DNA of 64,000 bases from the NCBI GenBank assembly GCA_951406725.2, contig OX597816.1:50034001-50098000 (forward strand), read 5' to 3'. The number at the start of each line of letters is the position of its first letter. The stretch's first letter is position 1. Positions 13,521 through 28,100 of this stretch are shown in pieces. The stretch comes from Octopus vulgaris (Eukaryota). Position numbers and translations under genes: made by a program. A model generated the notes under the pieces. That model was given only the letters and a program-made list of their open reading frames with translations, was not told where the DNA came from and did no database searches.

Positions 13521-14899
13521 ATAATCATTATATATATATATATAGATACACACACACACGTGCTTTTCTTCTCTATAAATATATAGAGCATATATAAGAA
13601 ATAATTGAGATTCAGTTGAATTAGGTACTTAAGTTGAAGCCGCAAGACAGTATTATCCGCACAGCTCGAAGTAAGGTGAATAAAATCAAAATAATGCAAC
13701 AGGGTATCAAGTATTTATGCAGTACGACTGTTTCAAGCGGCTCCATTTAATTGAACAATGCAATCATTACGTTAATTTCAATGCAGGGCTATCATCTCAT
13801 CAGCTGCAAAAACAAGTAGAATTTTAATCAGTTGGACACATTAATATCATTTTTCTCAAATACTTTAATAGAGCAAGAAGGTGGAAAAATCCGTGTTGTC
13901 GCTATTGTAGCTAAGAATCGACTACACTTCTAAGAAAGTCATGAAGCTCACTGGGATCATAGCTTTGGGTAGGGGAAGACTCTAAATCATGATGTTAATT
14001 GCCAGTTAAAGGGGTAAGACGCTAATAAAACCTATGATGTTAATACACAGGAAATTTTTTCATGGTATACTATGGGCGATTGATTATAAATAATATTGTT
14101 ATGTTGTATAAATTTCAGATTATCATAACCAAAATAGGTAAATGTGTGTTTATATCAAGTTTCAACATAAAAAAGGAAAGATTACATAGAATCAGTTTAT
14201 TCATTTATCTACTTAATTATTTACTTAGGTGGTTTCTATAAAGATTGCTCATGACGTTTACTTATGGAATACGGTAACGATAGGCATACTATCTATAAAT
14301 TAATTATAAGCCAAGAATCAGAAAAAAATAATGATGTATAACACACACATATCTATGTGCACACACGCACATATACACAGACATTTACCATCTATATGTA
14401 TATCGTATAACCATCTCGCATAGACTTACGTAGCTAAAAATGATCTATTTACCAACACGAAATGTTGGGGAGGGTAGAATACAAGAGTCTAACTGGCATA
14501 CTGTTATATCTGTGGGAAGCAGGAAAGTTTTTTTTTACTACAATTGCTATAAATTTCTTATATATGTTTGTGGATATGACACAGTTGCTGGGAACATTAT
14601 ATCATATCAAATTATTATTTTCAGACCTCTTAAGTATGTAAAAGCGGAATCTACCTGCTCTTTCAACGCCTCCGAAAATCGCGACTTGATAATCAGGTAT
14701 GGGTATATTACCAGTATTTTCTTATCATTAATCCGCCCAGTCACTTCACTACCTTTATTATAATCCACCCAGTCGCCTTACTACCTTTATTGTAAAAACT
14801 AATATTCCTACTGGTTATACCATCTAATTTTCTATTGTTCCTTATCTTTTTATTTAACATAGCGGAATCGCATATATATGCATAGAGGAATCACATATG

Positions 14900-14945
<46 letters not shown>

Positions 14946-17006
14946 CCCTTTATATATGAATTGCCTTTATGTCGAAATTTATTGCTAGCCTTATAGAAGT
15001 GCAGAATTCTAGACATGTATGGATATCTATAATTTACTATTAAAAACCATGCGCCCAGTAACACATATAAATATACATGCACAAACAGACAGGCACATAT
15101 AGGTTTACACATACACACACACACAGATATTACACACATGGGATTCATGAAAATTTCCGCATATTTATGCGTATGGGTCTATAAGTGTTGAATGTGATAG
15201 ATACATAGATATAGATAAGTACAGATATATCTCCGTGATGTTCTTGTATTTTATCAATGCCATTCAATGATTCATTGAAACCAGAGTTGAGTTAGCATAT
15301 TCACAAACTTCGAAATTAATCTCAGTGAGTTACATATTCTATATATTCTGTAGAATGATGTCAAATAGAAGAAAAAAAGGGAAAGCATTAAAATGTCACC
15401 AATTTCAGTCTGAGAGTGAATAAAAGAAGATGTGAAAGAACTCTTTGAAGAACGAAATGAAAATATTATTGAATCAAAGGCATATTATTGATTTTTTTTT
15501 CTCCCGATGCACAGACATTATACATTATATTCGATATAAAACTGCAAACCAAATTTGGGGTTATGGTTTTCCTGCCACTATGAAAAAAGGATATTCTAAT
15601 TCATATAGAACATGGAAATTATACAAAGGAAAGAAGTTTATAGCAATGTTTCATTATAATACTCTTTGTTCCTAAAATAGTTTCTATGTCTGATATAAGA
15701 TGTTCTTATTATCTTACTTTGTCGCCGAATTTAGGAATTGTATTACGAAAGGTACCAAAATGCTATCAATGGTTTTTTTAACTCAATGCTTTAAATAAAA
15801 ATGTTTAATAGTATGTTTATTGTAATAATCTTACTTCTAATGCAGGAAGATATGTATTTCTCTTTCCTGTACTTAATGAACCTTAGGTTGTTTTACAAGT
15901 CAATTGTTAGAAAGTAATTTTAAATTCTTCAAAGTGTGTAATGAAATTTCCTTATCAAACAAGTCTCGGCTACATTTGAAATTATATAGTCTGACGCTTA
16001 TGTCCTCTTATGGTTTTGCATATTATGTATATTTCCACCTATATTAACTACATGCTGATTATATATCTCGAACTTTAGAAAACTTAGTTTAAGTTGTCTC
16101 AGTCTTTCAAAGTGAATTCCTTTTTAGTTTATAACTGAATGCTTCTCTGTATTATTGCTCTTCAGCTTTCTTTAGTATCTGATAATAAAATTGTCTTCAA
16201 TCTGTGGCAAGAAAATTACTTCTGGGTAAAACTTTTGACGAATGAAACTGCTATAAACAACATACATCTATTACGGACGTTGGCAATTTTCCTTCAGCTA
16301 AGTTAAACTTCGGCAACACGAATGTAAAACACTTCATGGTGTCATTATGAAAATCTTTCAATGTTTTTATTGATATTCTCCTACATTATATATTTAAATG
16401 TGATATTACTTTTAAGCAAAATTAGATTCTATCGTATGTGACATGAAGCACAATTATTTGTGATACAACGTCAATTCAAGACAGCCCTTCATTAAGAGTG
16501 CGTATCAAATCCAATAATAAATGTACTTTCAAGATTCCTTGTTTTCTAGAAATAAACTTACGAGACATTTTCAGGCATGTTCGCACATTTGCATACATTT
16601 GCCAGTGTTAAAACTAAATATATTACGAAATAAAGGCAAATTTTCAATATTCAATATATGATACAACGTGGAATATACCACATGAATATTGTATGGAATT
16701 AGAATAATTAGGATTGGTGTGTATGATTATATTGAAAACTATATCACAAAAACCACAGAGAATATGAATTATTCAAGTACCATTATAAAACAGCCATTCC
16801 TACTGAATAATATAGTGAAAATAACATTTCAAAAATTAATGCAACACAACATATCGAGCCTTCAATGTGCATACTAAAGATCCAATATTTTGACAGGAGA
16901 AAATATAATTACATATTCAGTGTGAATTAAAGCTTCCTTGCACATTAGTAATGCACTTTAGATAGCTTATAAAACACTGATGCGTGCACCATGATAATGG
17001 TTCATA

Positions 17007-17007
17007 G

Positions 17008-17059
<52 letters not shown>

Positions 17060-17310
17060 CACCACCGCCACCACTACTACTACTACCAACACCACTACTA
17101 CTACCAACACCACCAGCACCACTACTACTACTACCACCACCACCACCACTACTGCAACAACTACTACTACTACTACTACTACTGCTGCTGGGGCTGAACG
17201 CCGCCGCCGCCGCCGCCACCACCACCACCAACAACACAACCACAATCACGATCACAACCACCACCACAATCACCACCACAACCATCACCACCATCTCTAC
17301 TACGACTACT
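17007..17310. repeat. Compound trinucleotide microsatellite (CTA)n/(CAC)n/(GCC)n
   Basis: Directly visible; produces spurious poly-V/S/Y/H ORFs. Confidence 0.95.
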
Positions 17311-18416
17311 ATAGAATTGTGAGGGTTTGTCAAGTACGACGAAACCTCTACTTGATTAAACATTACAATAAATCCGACATCACTTCAATTAATCCTAAAA
17401 TACATAAAAAATATATGTATAAATTCAAAATATTGTTGACATAGAGTAGGATTTCAGTAACATCGGATAGTGAATTCTGATTTACGCACACAAATTTGAA
17501 GGAAAAGTTACTCAACTTCATCTAACCCGGTACTTGACTGGTATATTATTTTATCAAACCTGAGATGACACTAAAGTAAGGGTGACCTCGACGAGATTTA
17601 TACATAGAATGTAAAGAGCCGAGATATTTACGACTAGGCATAATTTCCGATGCTCTAACGATTCTTTTTAGATGCAAATAATAACAAATCATTCTTATGC
17701 TAGGTCTCATTTGCAACTTTATGCCCAAGAGATAGTGTTCTCATAATAAGCAGTCATCCGATAAATAAAATAAATGAGTACATGGAAAGAACGATAGAAA
17801 ACAAAACAGGCAACACTGTATGCAGAGAACAACTGACACTATCTTTTATGTTTTATCTTTTTCATATTAAATGTGATTACTTCAAGCAAAAAAAAAAAAA
17901 ATGTTTACACAATAGGCAATGTGTGAATAAAGAAGAAACACTTTGATTTTAAGACAAGTGATATAAATGTATACGCAATTTTTTAATCATATAAAAGAAA
18001 CAACTTTTTCAACACATTCAAAAAGATATAAATTTTAAAATTAAATCATACTTAGCGGTAATTATAAACAGATCAATTATCACCATTAGTATATTAGGCC
18101 ACAGCAAATACACAACCACCAGAGTTGTGTTTTATAGTGGTATTTGTAAGGTGACCTGAAGAGAAGTTTAATTCAGGAATATCATGAAACATTGTTTCCA
18201 AAGCGATACCTTTTGAAAAGCTTTCAAAAGACGCCAGTCCACTTTCGGAATTTTAAAAGAATTAATCGATAAATCTGAGGTCATAAATTCTAAAATATTA
18301 TTTCTACTTAGTACTATACCCGACGTACATTTGTACTTTTGGAGAGTGATGCTTTTTACAAGAAAGCCATGTGGTGGAGCAAAATAGAACTTGAGAATTT
18401 GTGTAGATTTATAACA

Positions 18417-18622
18417 TACGATGGAGTATTGAAAAGTTTCTGACTTTAACGGAGTTGCGAAAGGCCTGGTTGGGGACCCAGTTTTCGGAGTTTTTTTACA
18501 CGGCATAGAAAAACTGAAGAAACGCTGTGAGGGAAATGAATATGTTGAATAAAGTCATAATTAACTGATCCTCATGTATTTTCTTTTACCCAAAGCCACA
18601 AACTTTTAAGCACTCCCTCATA
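18417..18622 (+). mobile_element. Mariner-derived non-autonomous element (MITE)
   Basis: TA-flanked imperfect TIRs TACGATGGAGTATTGAAAAGTT and AACTTTTAAGCACTCCCTCATA. Internal relic of a mariner C-terminus (GIEKLKKR...EYVE*). Confidence 0.7.
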
Positions 18623-19202
18623 AAAGTATAAAATCTTAAATTTGAAGCAGAGCAACTGGGAGAAATATTGAAGTAAAATTGTAAAACACTCAGATGAAAT
18701 CATTTTGAAAAATTAGCATTGAAAATCAAACAATTTTCAATACTAATCTCAATATAATAAAAATTAAAACCTATCTTATCGAATTAATGAAAGTAAGACC
18801 TGAGTAAACAAAGTGTAAATAAAACAGAAAATAAACATGATACACAAATCGAATGAAAGATTGAGATTTATATTTTATTTAAGAAACAGAAATGAAAATT
18901 CATCAAGAATTAGAAAAAAAATAGGTACTTAAAATTATATTGTCAATAACAACGAAACTACTGAAATCAGTAAATAATACTCAACGAGATTTGTGGACGG
19001 TTTTTCCTGCAGAACAAGTAATCTGTATCGATTACGAAGTATCTAGGTGACGAGAGTTTTACAGAAGAGTTCGTAGGTGTGCGTGACAGAGCATAATACT
19101 GGATGACACATGAACATCAACAGTAATACATGCATATGTACTCTGGCAGAATAGAACCATCACAAGATGGGAAAAGGAACATGAATCAGGAGAGTGTGCG
19201 TA

Positions 19203-19433
19203 TACATCATTGGCCAAAATGTACCCGACAGTAAATCAAAATCCCATAAATACTATCTGTAATTTTGTACTGACTCGAATGGGAAAATGTTTCGCCCAAG
19301 GACATCAGTCTTCAAAAATTTCATTGATGTTTTATATTTAGAAGCTTTTACTAAATTCATTCAGTTGTTAAACATAAATCTTTTGATTAAATAATTTTCA
19401 TTTACTGTCAGGGGACTTTTGGCCAAACCTGTA
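19203..19433. mobile_element. Tc1/mariner-type MITE
   Basis: About 40-bp imperfect TIRs, TACATCATTGGCCAAAA..CCCGACAGTAAATCAAAAT and ATTTTCATTTACTGTCAGGG..TTTTGGCCAAACCTGTA, with TA ends. Confidence 0.7.
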
Positions 19434-19587
19434 TGTATGTGAGCATGTATGTATATCCGTATGTGTGTATGTGTTCATGCATATGTATATATATATATAT
19501 ATATACGTATATATGTATGTATTATGTATACATGCAAACACATACATACACACACACAAATACACACACGTCTCTCTCTCTGTTATG

Positions 19588-19626
<39 letters not shown>

Positions 19627-19639
19627 ATCTGTATGTGTG

Positions 19640-19681
<42 letters not shown>

Positions 19682-20346
19682 TGTGTTGTTGTGCACAATG
19701 CACCGCAATCAAGTACATTTCCGTACATTAACAACTGAAAACCAGTCGGAAGTTCTGGGACTGATAAGGCTCTAATATTGAACTACCTTAAAAGTACCGA
19801 TTGACAGCACTCAGTGAACTTTTTAACAGATCAAATCAGCACTAGACTGACTACTGGAAAAAAGGAGCATGAATTCTGAAAAGCAAATATACTGCAATAC
19901 CCTCAAATAACAGGTCTGTTAGCTGCCATACAACAAAATAAAAGATGAAATATTCGCAAAAGCAAAATAAACAAAGACTGAAAATAGTACATAGTAACTA
20001 GTGAACCCATCGTGTTTGGCTGTCTAAGCCTTGCCAAATATAAGTGTATTCACAAACATTATATAGAGAAATCGCTGTTTTGTTTATTTAGCAATATGTC
20101 GATTCTTCGACGTGAGAGCGGTGAAATAGTATGTACTTGTACGAAACTGGGTAGCTGACAGCTATCTGGTCGCAATTGTCTGGGACATGTATTACCAGAC
20201 TCAAGATAAAATCACACGCGAAGAATCTAGATATAATTATGGACTACCGGAATGAAATTATCTTCACACGGATAGCCACTTGAATCTCTTGTAATTAAAA
20301 CATCGCTCGCACTGTTGACCAAGTGTGAAAGTACAATGTTTCTGAA

Positions 20347-20650
20347 TTTAAATAGGCAGGAAATACTGCATGAAAGTGAAACTAACAATAACACTAAGTA
20401 TGAGAATAAAATGGCATAAATATAAATAGTTTTAAGAATTTGATATCAATCAAATTCGCAGCTTTACACAAGCACAAGCGGTCGTCCTGCAAATAACAGA
20501 AATCCTTCATACAATAAAAGTTTTCAATTAAGTACGATATTTCAAGAAATATAATCTACGTACACAAAACATTACCTATATAATCATAACACAGTAAAAG
20601 ATTATTTACCCCAAATTTAATCTGTACAATCGCCACCAAACACTGTAACA
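20347..20650 (+). repeat. ~305-bp direct repeat, copy 1 (copy 2 at 22941-23247)
   Basis: TTTAAATAGGCAGG...CACCAAACACTGTAACA is colinear in both copies with scattered substitutions. Confidence 0.9.
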
Positions 20651-21149
20651 GTCACAAACCGATACCAGTCAAGTAGCGCAAACAAAAGCTAAATTTCATC
20701 CAGTAAAATAACACAAATTACATTCCATATATTCTCCATAACAAACACACAAAATAATAAAATAAGAAGACAAACAAATATACTTATTCTAAGACAAAAC
20801 AAATATGATGCAATATACAAACTTAGTTCTTTATCTCAAAAATAGAATGCTGATCAAACCTTTGGAACAGGTCATTGAAACTAGCCGAGCAAATCCGTCG
20901 AAAATACGTAGATAGCACAGGCCAAGGAAAAAAGATTTTTCTGTGTTGGCAAAGCATTTCGATATAAAATAGGTGTTGTTATGACACGGAGAATCCGAGA
21001 ACAGCATCCATTTATTACTATCACGTCAAAGTATTTTTAAGATTTGTGTATGTCATTGTTTCTTACTTTATCAATAAAACCGTTTAGGAAGAACAAGGCG
21101 CAATATACAAATATTAATAGAAACTCTTTTTTCTTCAAAAACTTTGTTT

Positions 21150-22460
21150 TCTTTAAATTCTACTGAAAAACTTCACAAATTTTCGTTTGAACTATTTTCG
21201 TGTGTGCTGAGGATTAAGATCATCGTGAGCCAAGTTCCAGCAATATTGCACCTTCATTTGCAAATGCCATCTGCTTTGATACCTTTGTTGAATTGAATGG
21301 ATATATTCTCCTCGCTCGTCACTTATATCATCAAGATTCTGAGCGAACTTATTTAGGTGAGCGTGGAGCTTTATGCTTATATTTTCTTCCAAATTTTGAA
21401 AGCTTACCAGCAAGTTGTAGGCTCTTTCGTCATAGCTGTCTTCTGTGTTGTTGTCAGAAAATCATTCACAATTATTACAAATGAATTCCATGTTGCTTCT
21501 TCAATGCAGTTCATTGAATCCACAGACTGCATCGTTAAATCAGTTGTCTGATTTTTGGCTCATCAAATAACCCGAACAGAAAATGTGCTGCAGGTATTGA
21601 GAAAGCATGGTCCGCCTGTATTTATAGCGTTACCAAACTGCGTCATAATGCCACGTTTGATAAGAAGTAGAGGTAGGATGATGTTTTTCCAGGTTGATCT
21701 AAAGGCTCTTCAACAAAGTTAAAGGCCCTGGAATTAATGTGCACTGCGCCCCTTCTTTGATCACTCAATGTTTTTCATTGAATTTTCTGTTGCGCATACA
21801 TAAAAGAGATATAGATATTTGGTGTATCACGTTTGTTGGTCGAGGAGAAAGTCCACGCATATTACACACTGTTGTTAGTGGCACACAATTTACTCTATAG
21901 CTGTGCTTTCACGGCTTCATATATCTCTGTTAGTTTTGTAGAGTAAGCAATTGGAAGAGCGGCCGATCTATTTCTAACTTCTTTTCGAGCTATCAATAAA
22001 AAGTTACCATTCAGCTGCATCGCATTCCGATAATCTCATCCCCCCATGCAGTTCTTCACTCTTTGTGCAATACACAAACTCATAATTGTTTCTTTAATCG
22101 AGACTTAAGTTCATCTGCAGAACTTTTTGATAAGTGTAAAAATCTTACCAAGTCATTGCGTTCATTTCGATCGAATAAATGCTGGTTTGATGAACTTGTG
22201 TAAAAGTAAACCGAATCATGTGTGCTTTCCTCTCGATCGGTTGATACTTTCACATCAACAAGCTCACAAAATTTTGTCCTAAATTTCACTAGTAAACAAG
22301 GCAATTTTCTAAAACGTGAGAACGATGTGATATTTGTGAGGTTTGGATATCTTGAAATCTAGAGGTGATGATAAAAATAGTCCCATATTTGGATTTAGCA
22401 TATCAAAAAACATTTTTATCTGGTAAAAAACTGCCTGACAAAAATAATAGTTGCGTTGTG
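21150..22460 (-). mobile_element. Degraded Chapaev3-like (CMC superfamily) DNA transposon
   Basis: Motifs HLFDRNERNDLVRFLHLSKSSADELKSRLK, FIDSSKRS, LLDQQT*YTKY, ILPLLLIKRGIMTQF, LFDEPKIRQL and SIKLHAHLNKFAQNLDDISDERGE...RYQSRW...YCWNL. Confidence 0.7.
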
Positions 22461-22940
22461 TAATTATACATAATAACAATACTGACGATTATGTTATGAT
22501 GTTATCACAATGAGTCAATCTCCTCAAAAAATAAAAAGGTTCGTGCTCCGTTTTACCCGCTTCAAAATCTTTGGGCGCGTAAGTGATGCAAAGAAGTTTT
22601 AAGCGACAATTAAACATCATCACCTTTCATGTCATTTCTACCTCGCGTGAAGCACTAAAAGGGATATGATTTGCAGGTTTATTTTAGGCTTATATACTAT
22701 ATAGAAATTAATTGTTCATTAGTGATACTACAATTCAAAGGGTCAGCCATATGTCAATGAATTACTATAGAAAATTCTTACATTGGCAACAAACAGTGCT
22801 ACACTTTCCTTTGTTGTTTTGCCATTTAGTAAATTTAAGAACTGAACTACAAACTTGTAAATTTAAGTTTAGAATTAATTAAATTTTTTTCAAATTCGAA
22901 TTGGGGAGGACTAAAGTTGTTATCTTTCCCATACTAGACA

Positions 22941-23247
22941 TTTAAATAGGCAGGGAATACTGCATAAAAGTGAAACTAACAATAGCACTAAATATGAGAA
23001 TAAAATGGCATAAATAAAAATAGTTTCAAGAATTTAAAAATCAATCAAATTCACAGCTTTACACAAATGCCCAAGCTGTAGTCCTGCAAATAAAAGAAAT
23101 TCTTCCTAGAAAAAAAGTTTTCAATTAAGTACGATATTTCAAGAAATAGACTCTCCGTATACAAAACATTACCTATATAATCATGACACAGTAAAAGATT
23201 ATTTACTCCACATATAATCTGTAAAATCCCCACCAAACACTGTAACA
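22941..23247 (+). repeat. ~305-bp direct repeat, copy 2
   Basis: Aligns end to end with 20347-20650. Confidence 0.9.
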
Positions 23248-24861
23248 AAGTTTTCGTGTGTTTGAATGGCACGAATCTAGTTGATGTTAGTCATTTACAC
23301 TGTTCGGTTATTATTAAGCAGATAGTTTCGTTCATGAATTCCAACAATGAATATCTCTGGCAAAATATAAACAATATTTTATCTATAACATAATAAAGGC
23401 TAAATGTTGTAGCTTAGAACGCGGTGTAGCCGAAGGTGGAGAGTTCTTGAAAAGGGTAGATGACGCTTTTGAAATAGAATGTAATACAGAAAAGGCTTTT
23501 CGGCAAAAGAACGATGAGTTACGGTTGCAGAGCTTTTGAAATATAAATCAAAGATATATACGTGGTGTATTTCAATCTCATTATTTACATACAAACTGAT
23601 GGCAAATCTGCAATGAAAATATGGCAATGTACATACATCCATGTGAAAATAACCAATAAATTTGACATTCACTCCGTCTGGCCGCTCTGTTGGATAATAT
23701 CGAAAAGCAGCGCTTTCATATTTGATACTATTCAAATCTTCGTAATGTCTCGAACAAGTAGCATCGTTAATACGAATATAATCATACAGTATTCGTTCAT
23801 CAATTAAATATCACTCGCTTACAATGGCAATAAAAACCTAATTGGGATAGTAATAAACATGTTACTGCCGTAATAAACTTCCTCTGGTTCATAATAAGCC
23901 GCATAATTGTTTTAATTCCTTTTCTCTCTTCCCTATATTATGTCAAATGAAGTGTTCGTTCGTTGATGGATGCCACAGACTGCAAAATGCCAAGCAATAA
24001 ATATTATTTGTAGACAATTATTTCAACATTAATTTTATCAAACTCATCACATAAGTAGAACTTGCATTGTTTTACTGTCAATGTTTTTGTATTTTGAGTT
24101 CTTTTTATGAGTTGATCTATTGACAACGTTAACTGATTGCGATTAAATTGGACTCCTTCGTTTCCTTCTATCAGTTTCCCGGTTTCCACCGTACTGTGTA
24201 TATTTTAGACTGGGTTTAAGGCCGCCTATTAGCAGAGTCGTTAGTGTCTTTATAATATTGCCTTGCGTAATTCATTTCGGCAGTGTTGACTACCATTGCT
24301 TTTCATCATTTCGAGATAGATACATAAGGAACCGTTCCTTAATTCAGGTTGATTACTCTCTTTCTCTCTCTGATTCACTATCCCTTTAGAAGCAACCTGT
24401 TATAGTATAATATGGTGAGTGATAGGTTCTCTAAAGTATGAAATTTCCGAAGATACACTTTCTGTCACGACTGAGCCCTTATGCCACCCTTAAGAGTTTC
24501 CGGCTAAAGCTAACGCATGCAGAATTTGATTGTTACTATAGGTTCAACATCTAATATACATAGTAGAATAATATTCTGTAGTTTATTTTAGAAATGTGTG
24601 TAGTGGGCACGATTATTTAATGGTGGCTAAAACAACTCTTTATAGATAACAAAAAGTACTATTATAGTTGGCTAAAAATTTAAGGTGAAGCAATTTAAAA
24701 TAAGCACAAGAGATCCATCCGTTGAATTGGTTTTCTAGCCAGCTATAATTGTATTCAGTCTCGCTACGGGTATATGGGTAGCCGCTAATTTAGCTACGTG
24801 CTGACAAATAACTTTTCCGACTTCAGTCCCACTGCGTGGCACCTTCGTGATATTTCTTGTC

Positions 24862-24902
<41 letters not shown>

Positions 24903-24907
<5 letters not shown>

Positions 24908-25101
24908 GTAGCCATTTCAACATGGCTGTCCTTTGGAACGAACTCTACTGTGATTTTTTAACCCCAAGAGGACATCTCTAACAGGTGAAACATGCAGAGC
25001 TGTATCTGCTAAAAGAGCTAGACGAGACGTCCTCTTGAGGTTCAAAAAGATCGCAGTAGAGTCCGTTCGAACGGACAGCTATGTTGAAGTGGCTACGAAT
25101 A
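24903..25101. mobile_element. Palindromic MITE (~200 bp, ~80-bp arms)
   Basis: TATTCGTAGCCATTTCAACATGGCTGTCC...CAAGAGGACATCTC is inverted as GAGACGTCCTCTTG...GGACAGCTATGTTGAAGTGGCTACGAATA. Lies next to (TA)n. Confidence 0.8.
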
Positions 25102-28100
25102 TAACTCATAAAACCACCGCGTTGATTTCTTAGAGATTTTAGTACTGGCCTCTTTGCTTATATATAAATAAATAAATAAATATATGCATACATGCATACA
25201 TATATACATACATACATGCATACATACATACATACATACATACATACATACATACATACATACATACATACATACATACATACATACATGCATACATACA
25301 CACACATACATAAGTGCATCTATAGGTTCGTGTGAGTGTACGCATATTTTCGAAATACATCGATCTGTGATTGAGTACTGTTCCGATAATGAGTTTTGCA
25401 TCAGCGCTTGAGAGTCTCTGGTTCGCAAGGGCACTGACTCCAATATTGGGTCATTTCTACCGATACGGAAATAACTTCTGCTTTCCTGTCCCACATGCTT
25501 CTTCTCCAATCGCTATCGTGCCCAAGAACCAATTTCCAGCGCTAGTTACTGCACTAAATCTTAACTTCGGAGAACGAGAGCCCTCTCGGATTCTCTCTCT
25601 GCTAATATCTTTTCTGCATGTGGTGGCTTACATTATTTCAAAAGAAACATTAATGGCAGCAGTCTCGCAATCGCAGAAATAGATGCAAAGGCCATGGACA
25701 CTGCCTCTTCAACCATTCCAACAAGTGAAGACAAAATACCGGGAAGATAACTGCACACGCGTAAAAAAATAATGGCTATTTAATCACATTTGTTTTCATG
25801 TTGCTTAGTAGCATTTAAACTTCTATCGTGTAAATAGTATACAGCCAGCACCAGTAAGGCAACAAATTACTTTTGAACTTATTGGCCAAAGACGGAAGCA
25901 GGATAATGGTGAAAATGGTGATTATAAAATTGTTATTAATATACAGTGCATAATCAACTGTGCATTATTATGGCCTTTAATGGCTGAATGTATCTCCATT
26001 GCTATTAAATAATTAATAGAGTTCTGATACCATTTTTTGTTTGTTTTCTACTTGCTTACTAAATGTTATTTTCTGATCATTGTATCCTTGCTTTGCTATT
26101 CTACTGAAGTTGTTTGTTTTTCTGGCCAAATCCGTTTCAATGAATATGCATGCAAAATCGAGATAAACAGTGCAGGGAAGTCAACATTTGTTTCAACACT
26201 AATGTAAAATCAATGCTCATAAGAGAACCTTGGCGTTTTGATACATGAAAGAAATATTACAAAGTAATTGTAACTAGAACATTTATAATCAGAAAAATCA
26301 AATCAAAATCCATTGAGAGTATACAGAAATAAATAATTACTACTAAACTGTTTTGAATATTAACTAATCTATTAGTAATATATTATCTTAATTTTATACC
26401 TGAATTACGAACTGCGATGAAGAGATATCTGTTTGTGTTGTACACTATTATATACACAATATAAATAATTTCAGCCGCCGGCGAAACATATGTCTATGCT
26501 CATAACAATACAAATTGCTTCATTTAGTCGTGTTTAAAACTCTTTCTGCTAGTCCTCTTGGCAGATAAGTGTCTTCTACATTTAGCGAATTTATTTTACA
26601 TGCAAACTAACTTCAAATATCCGGCGTGGAGAATATGTACTAATTGTGAATACAATGCTTCACTGATAAAGGCTAGTAGCTTGGAATATTTATAGCTACA
26701 GTTTATGAGAGAACATGTAAAACAAGGATTTTCATGGGATGAGCCTTGTAATAGTTAAGGTGAAATAGAGAGTTCATATATTGATTTTAAAGCTGCCAGG
26801 CAAAAAGATGTATACACACTCAGATATTGCTCATAACTAAATTCTAGACTGGCTAGTGATGTATATCAAGACAGAAGTAGTGCTAATATATCAAATAAAT
26901 CTAATTGGTTTTCTCGGAGCAAGGGAATTCTTAGCAACAAATAAACTAAATTGGAGCAAATCCTATAAATTATTGGCAGAGAATAGTTCAAATTTGCATT
27001 CTAAAAGAAGAAATACTGATGAGATAATGACAAAAGGAAAGTGATGTGGAATTAAGTACATGTAAATTTGAAATGTGACAATAGATTTAGTAGGTGACTT
27101 GACAACATAAATTGAAGTCAGCTTCACGTTTTTATGTTATTCTTGACATGATTGTGCCTTACATATTCTCGAAAGTGAGAAATATCTCAAAATTGAATCA
27201 ACAATATTAACCTTAACAAATAAAGATATCACTTTTGTACTTAGAAATACGTATGTATCAAGTTCCCTAATGATAATGTGATTTTGATTTCGACTGTGAA
27301 TATTAACGATAATTCTAAAATAAGGTTACAATATAAAAATTCAATTTTACAATATAGAAACAAAGTACAGAACAAGAATATCAGCATCTTGCAAGTGTTA
27401 TAGAATAATAAATATATATATTATATACGTATAAGTCCACATAGGTTAGGTAAAGTAAATACAATGCAAAAGACTTTAAAATTATTTTAAGATTAATTTG
27501 TTGAAAACAGTCTCCATATATTGGAAATATATTTGGAAATATAATCAAAAATATGTAATTTCTCATGGTATTTTATATTTTACCGTGATTTTTATGGTAT
27601 TTTGCCGTATGCTGCATTATTAGCCTAACTGTAAAGCGTTTAATGCAATTAAACGCTAAGCAACTCACTGTTTAAACATTGGCAATAAATAATTTTGAAA
27701 CATAATAAACTGTATCTTCTGAATTACACTCTATAGAAAACAGATTTTATTCCAATGATTATTATCCTTCCAGCTGCTATTTTTTATATGTTATATTGTA
27801 TGTTTTATGTTAGTAAAGATCAGATAAAGGTAAGTAAAATTTATGCTCCATATTCATTGATGTAGCTTTACAGAAGAGTGTTATTCTACATAAACATACT
27901 TTAATGTAATATTTCGCTTTTGTCACACATAAAAATGTATGTCGAAAGACACCGAAAATACATTGGTATTATTTTGCTGTTTGATATTGAAGAGGGGGAA
28001 ACCAAAAGACTAACAAGAGATTTAAAAAAAGTATGAGCGCAATGGTCGCATGTTTTACGAGAATGCTTGCAGAAACGTTTATTTAAAACAATAGAGCTCC

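Noticed and set aside
14728-14790. 31-bp tandem duplication (similar 40-bp one at 40181-40252) resembling a repeat array
   Set aside because: Only two units with no spacers; ordinary slippage, not CRISPR-like.
16917-17363. 148-aa Val/Ser/Gly-rich ORF
   Set aside because: Product of a compound trinucleotide microsatellite.
25371-25760. GC-richer 103-aa ORF
   Set aside because: No recognisable domain or splice context; probably an old LINE relic.
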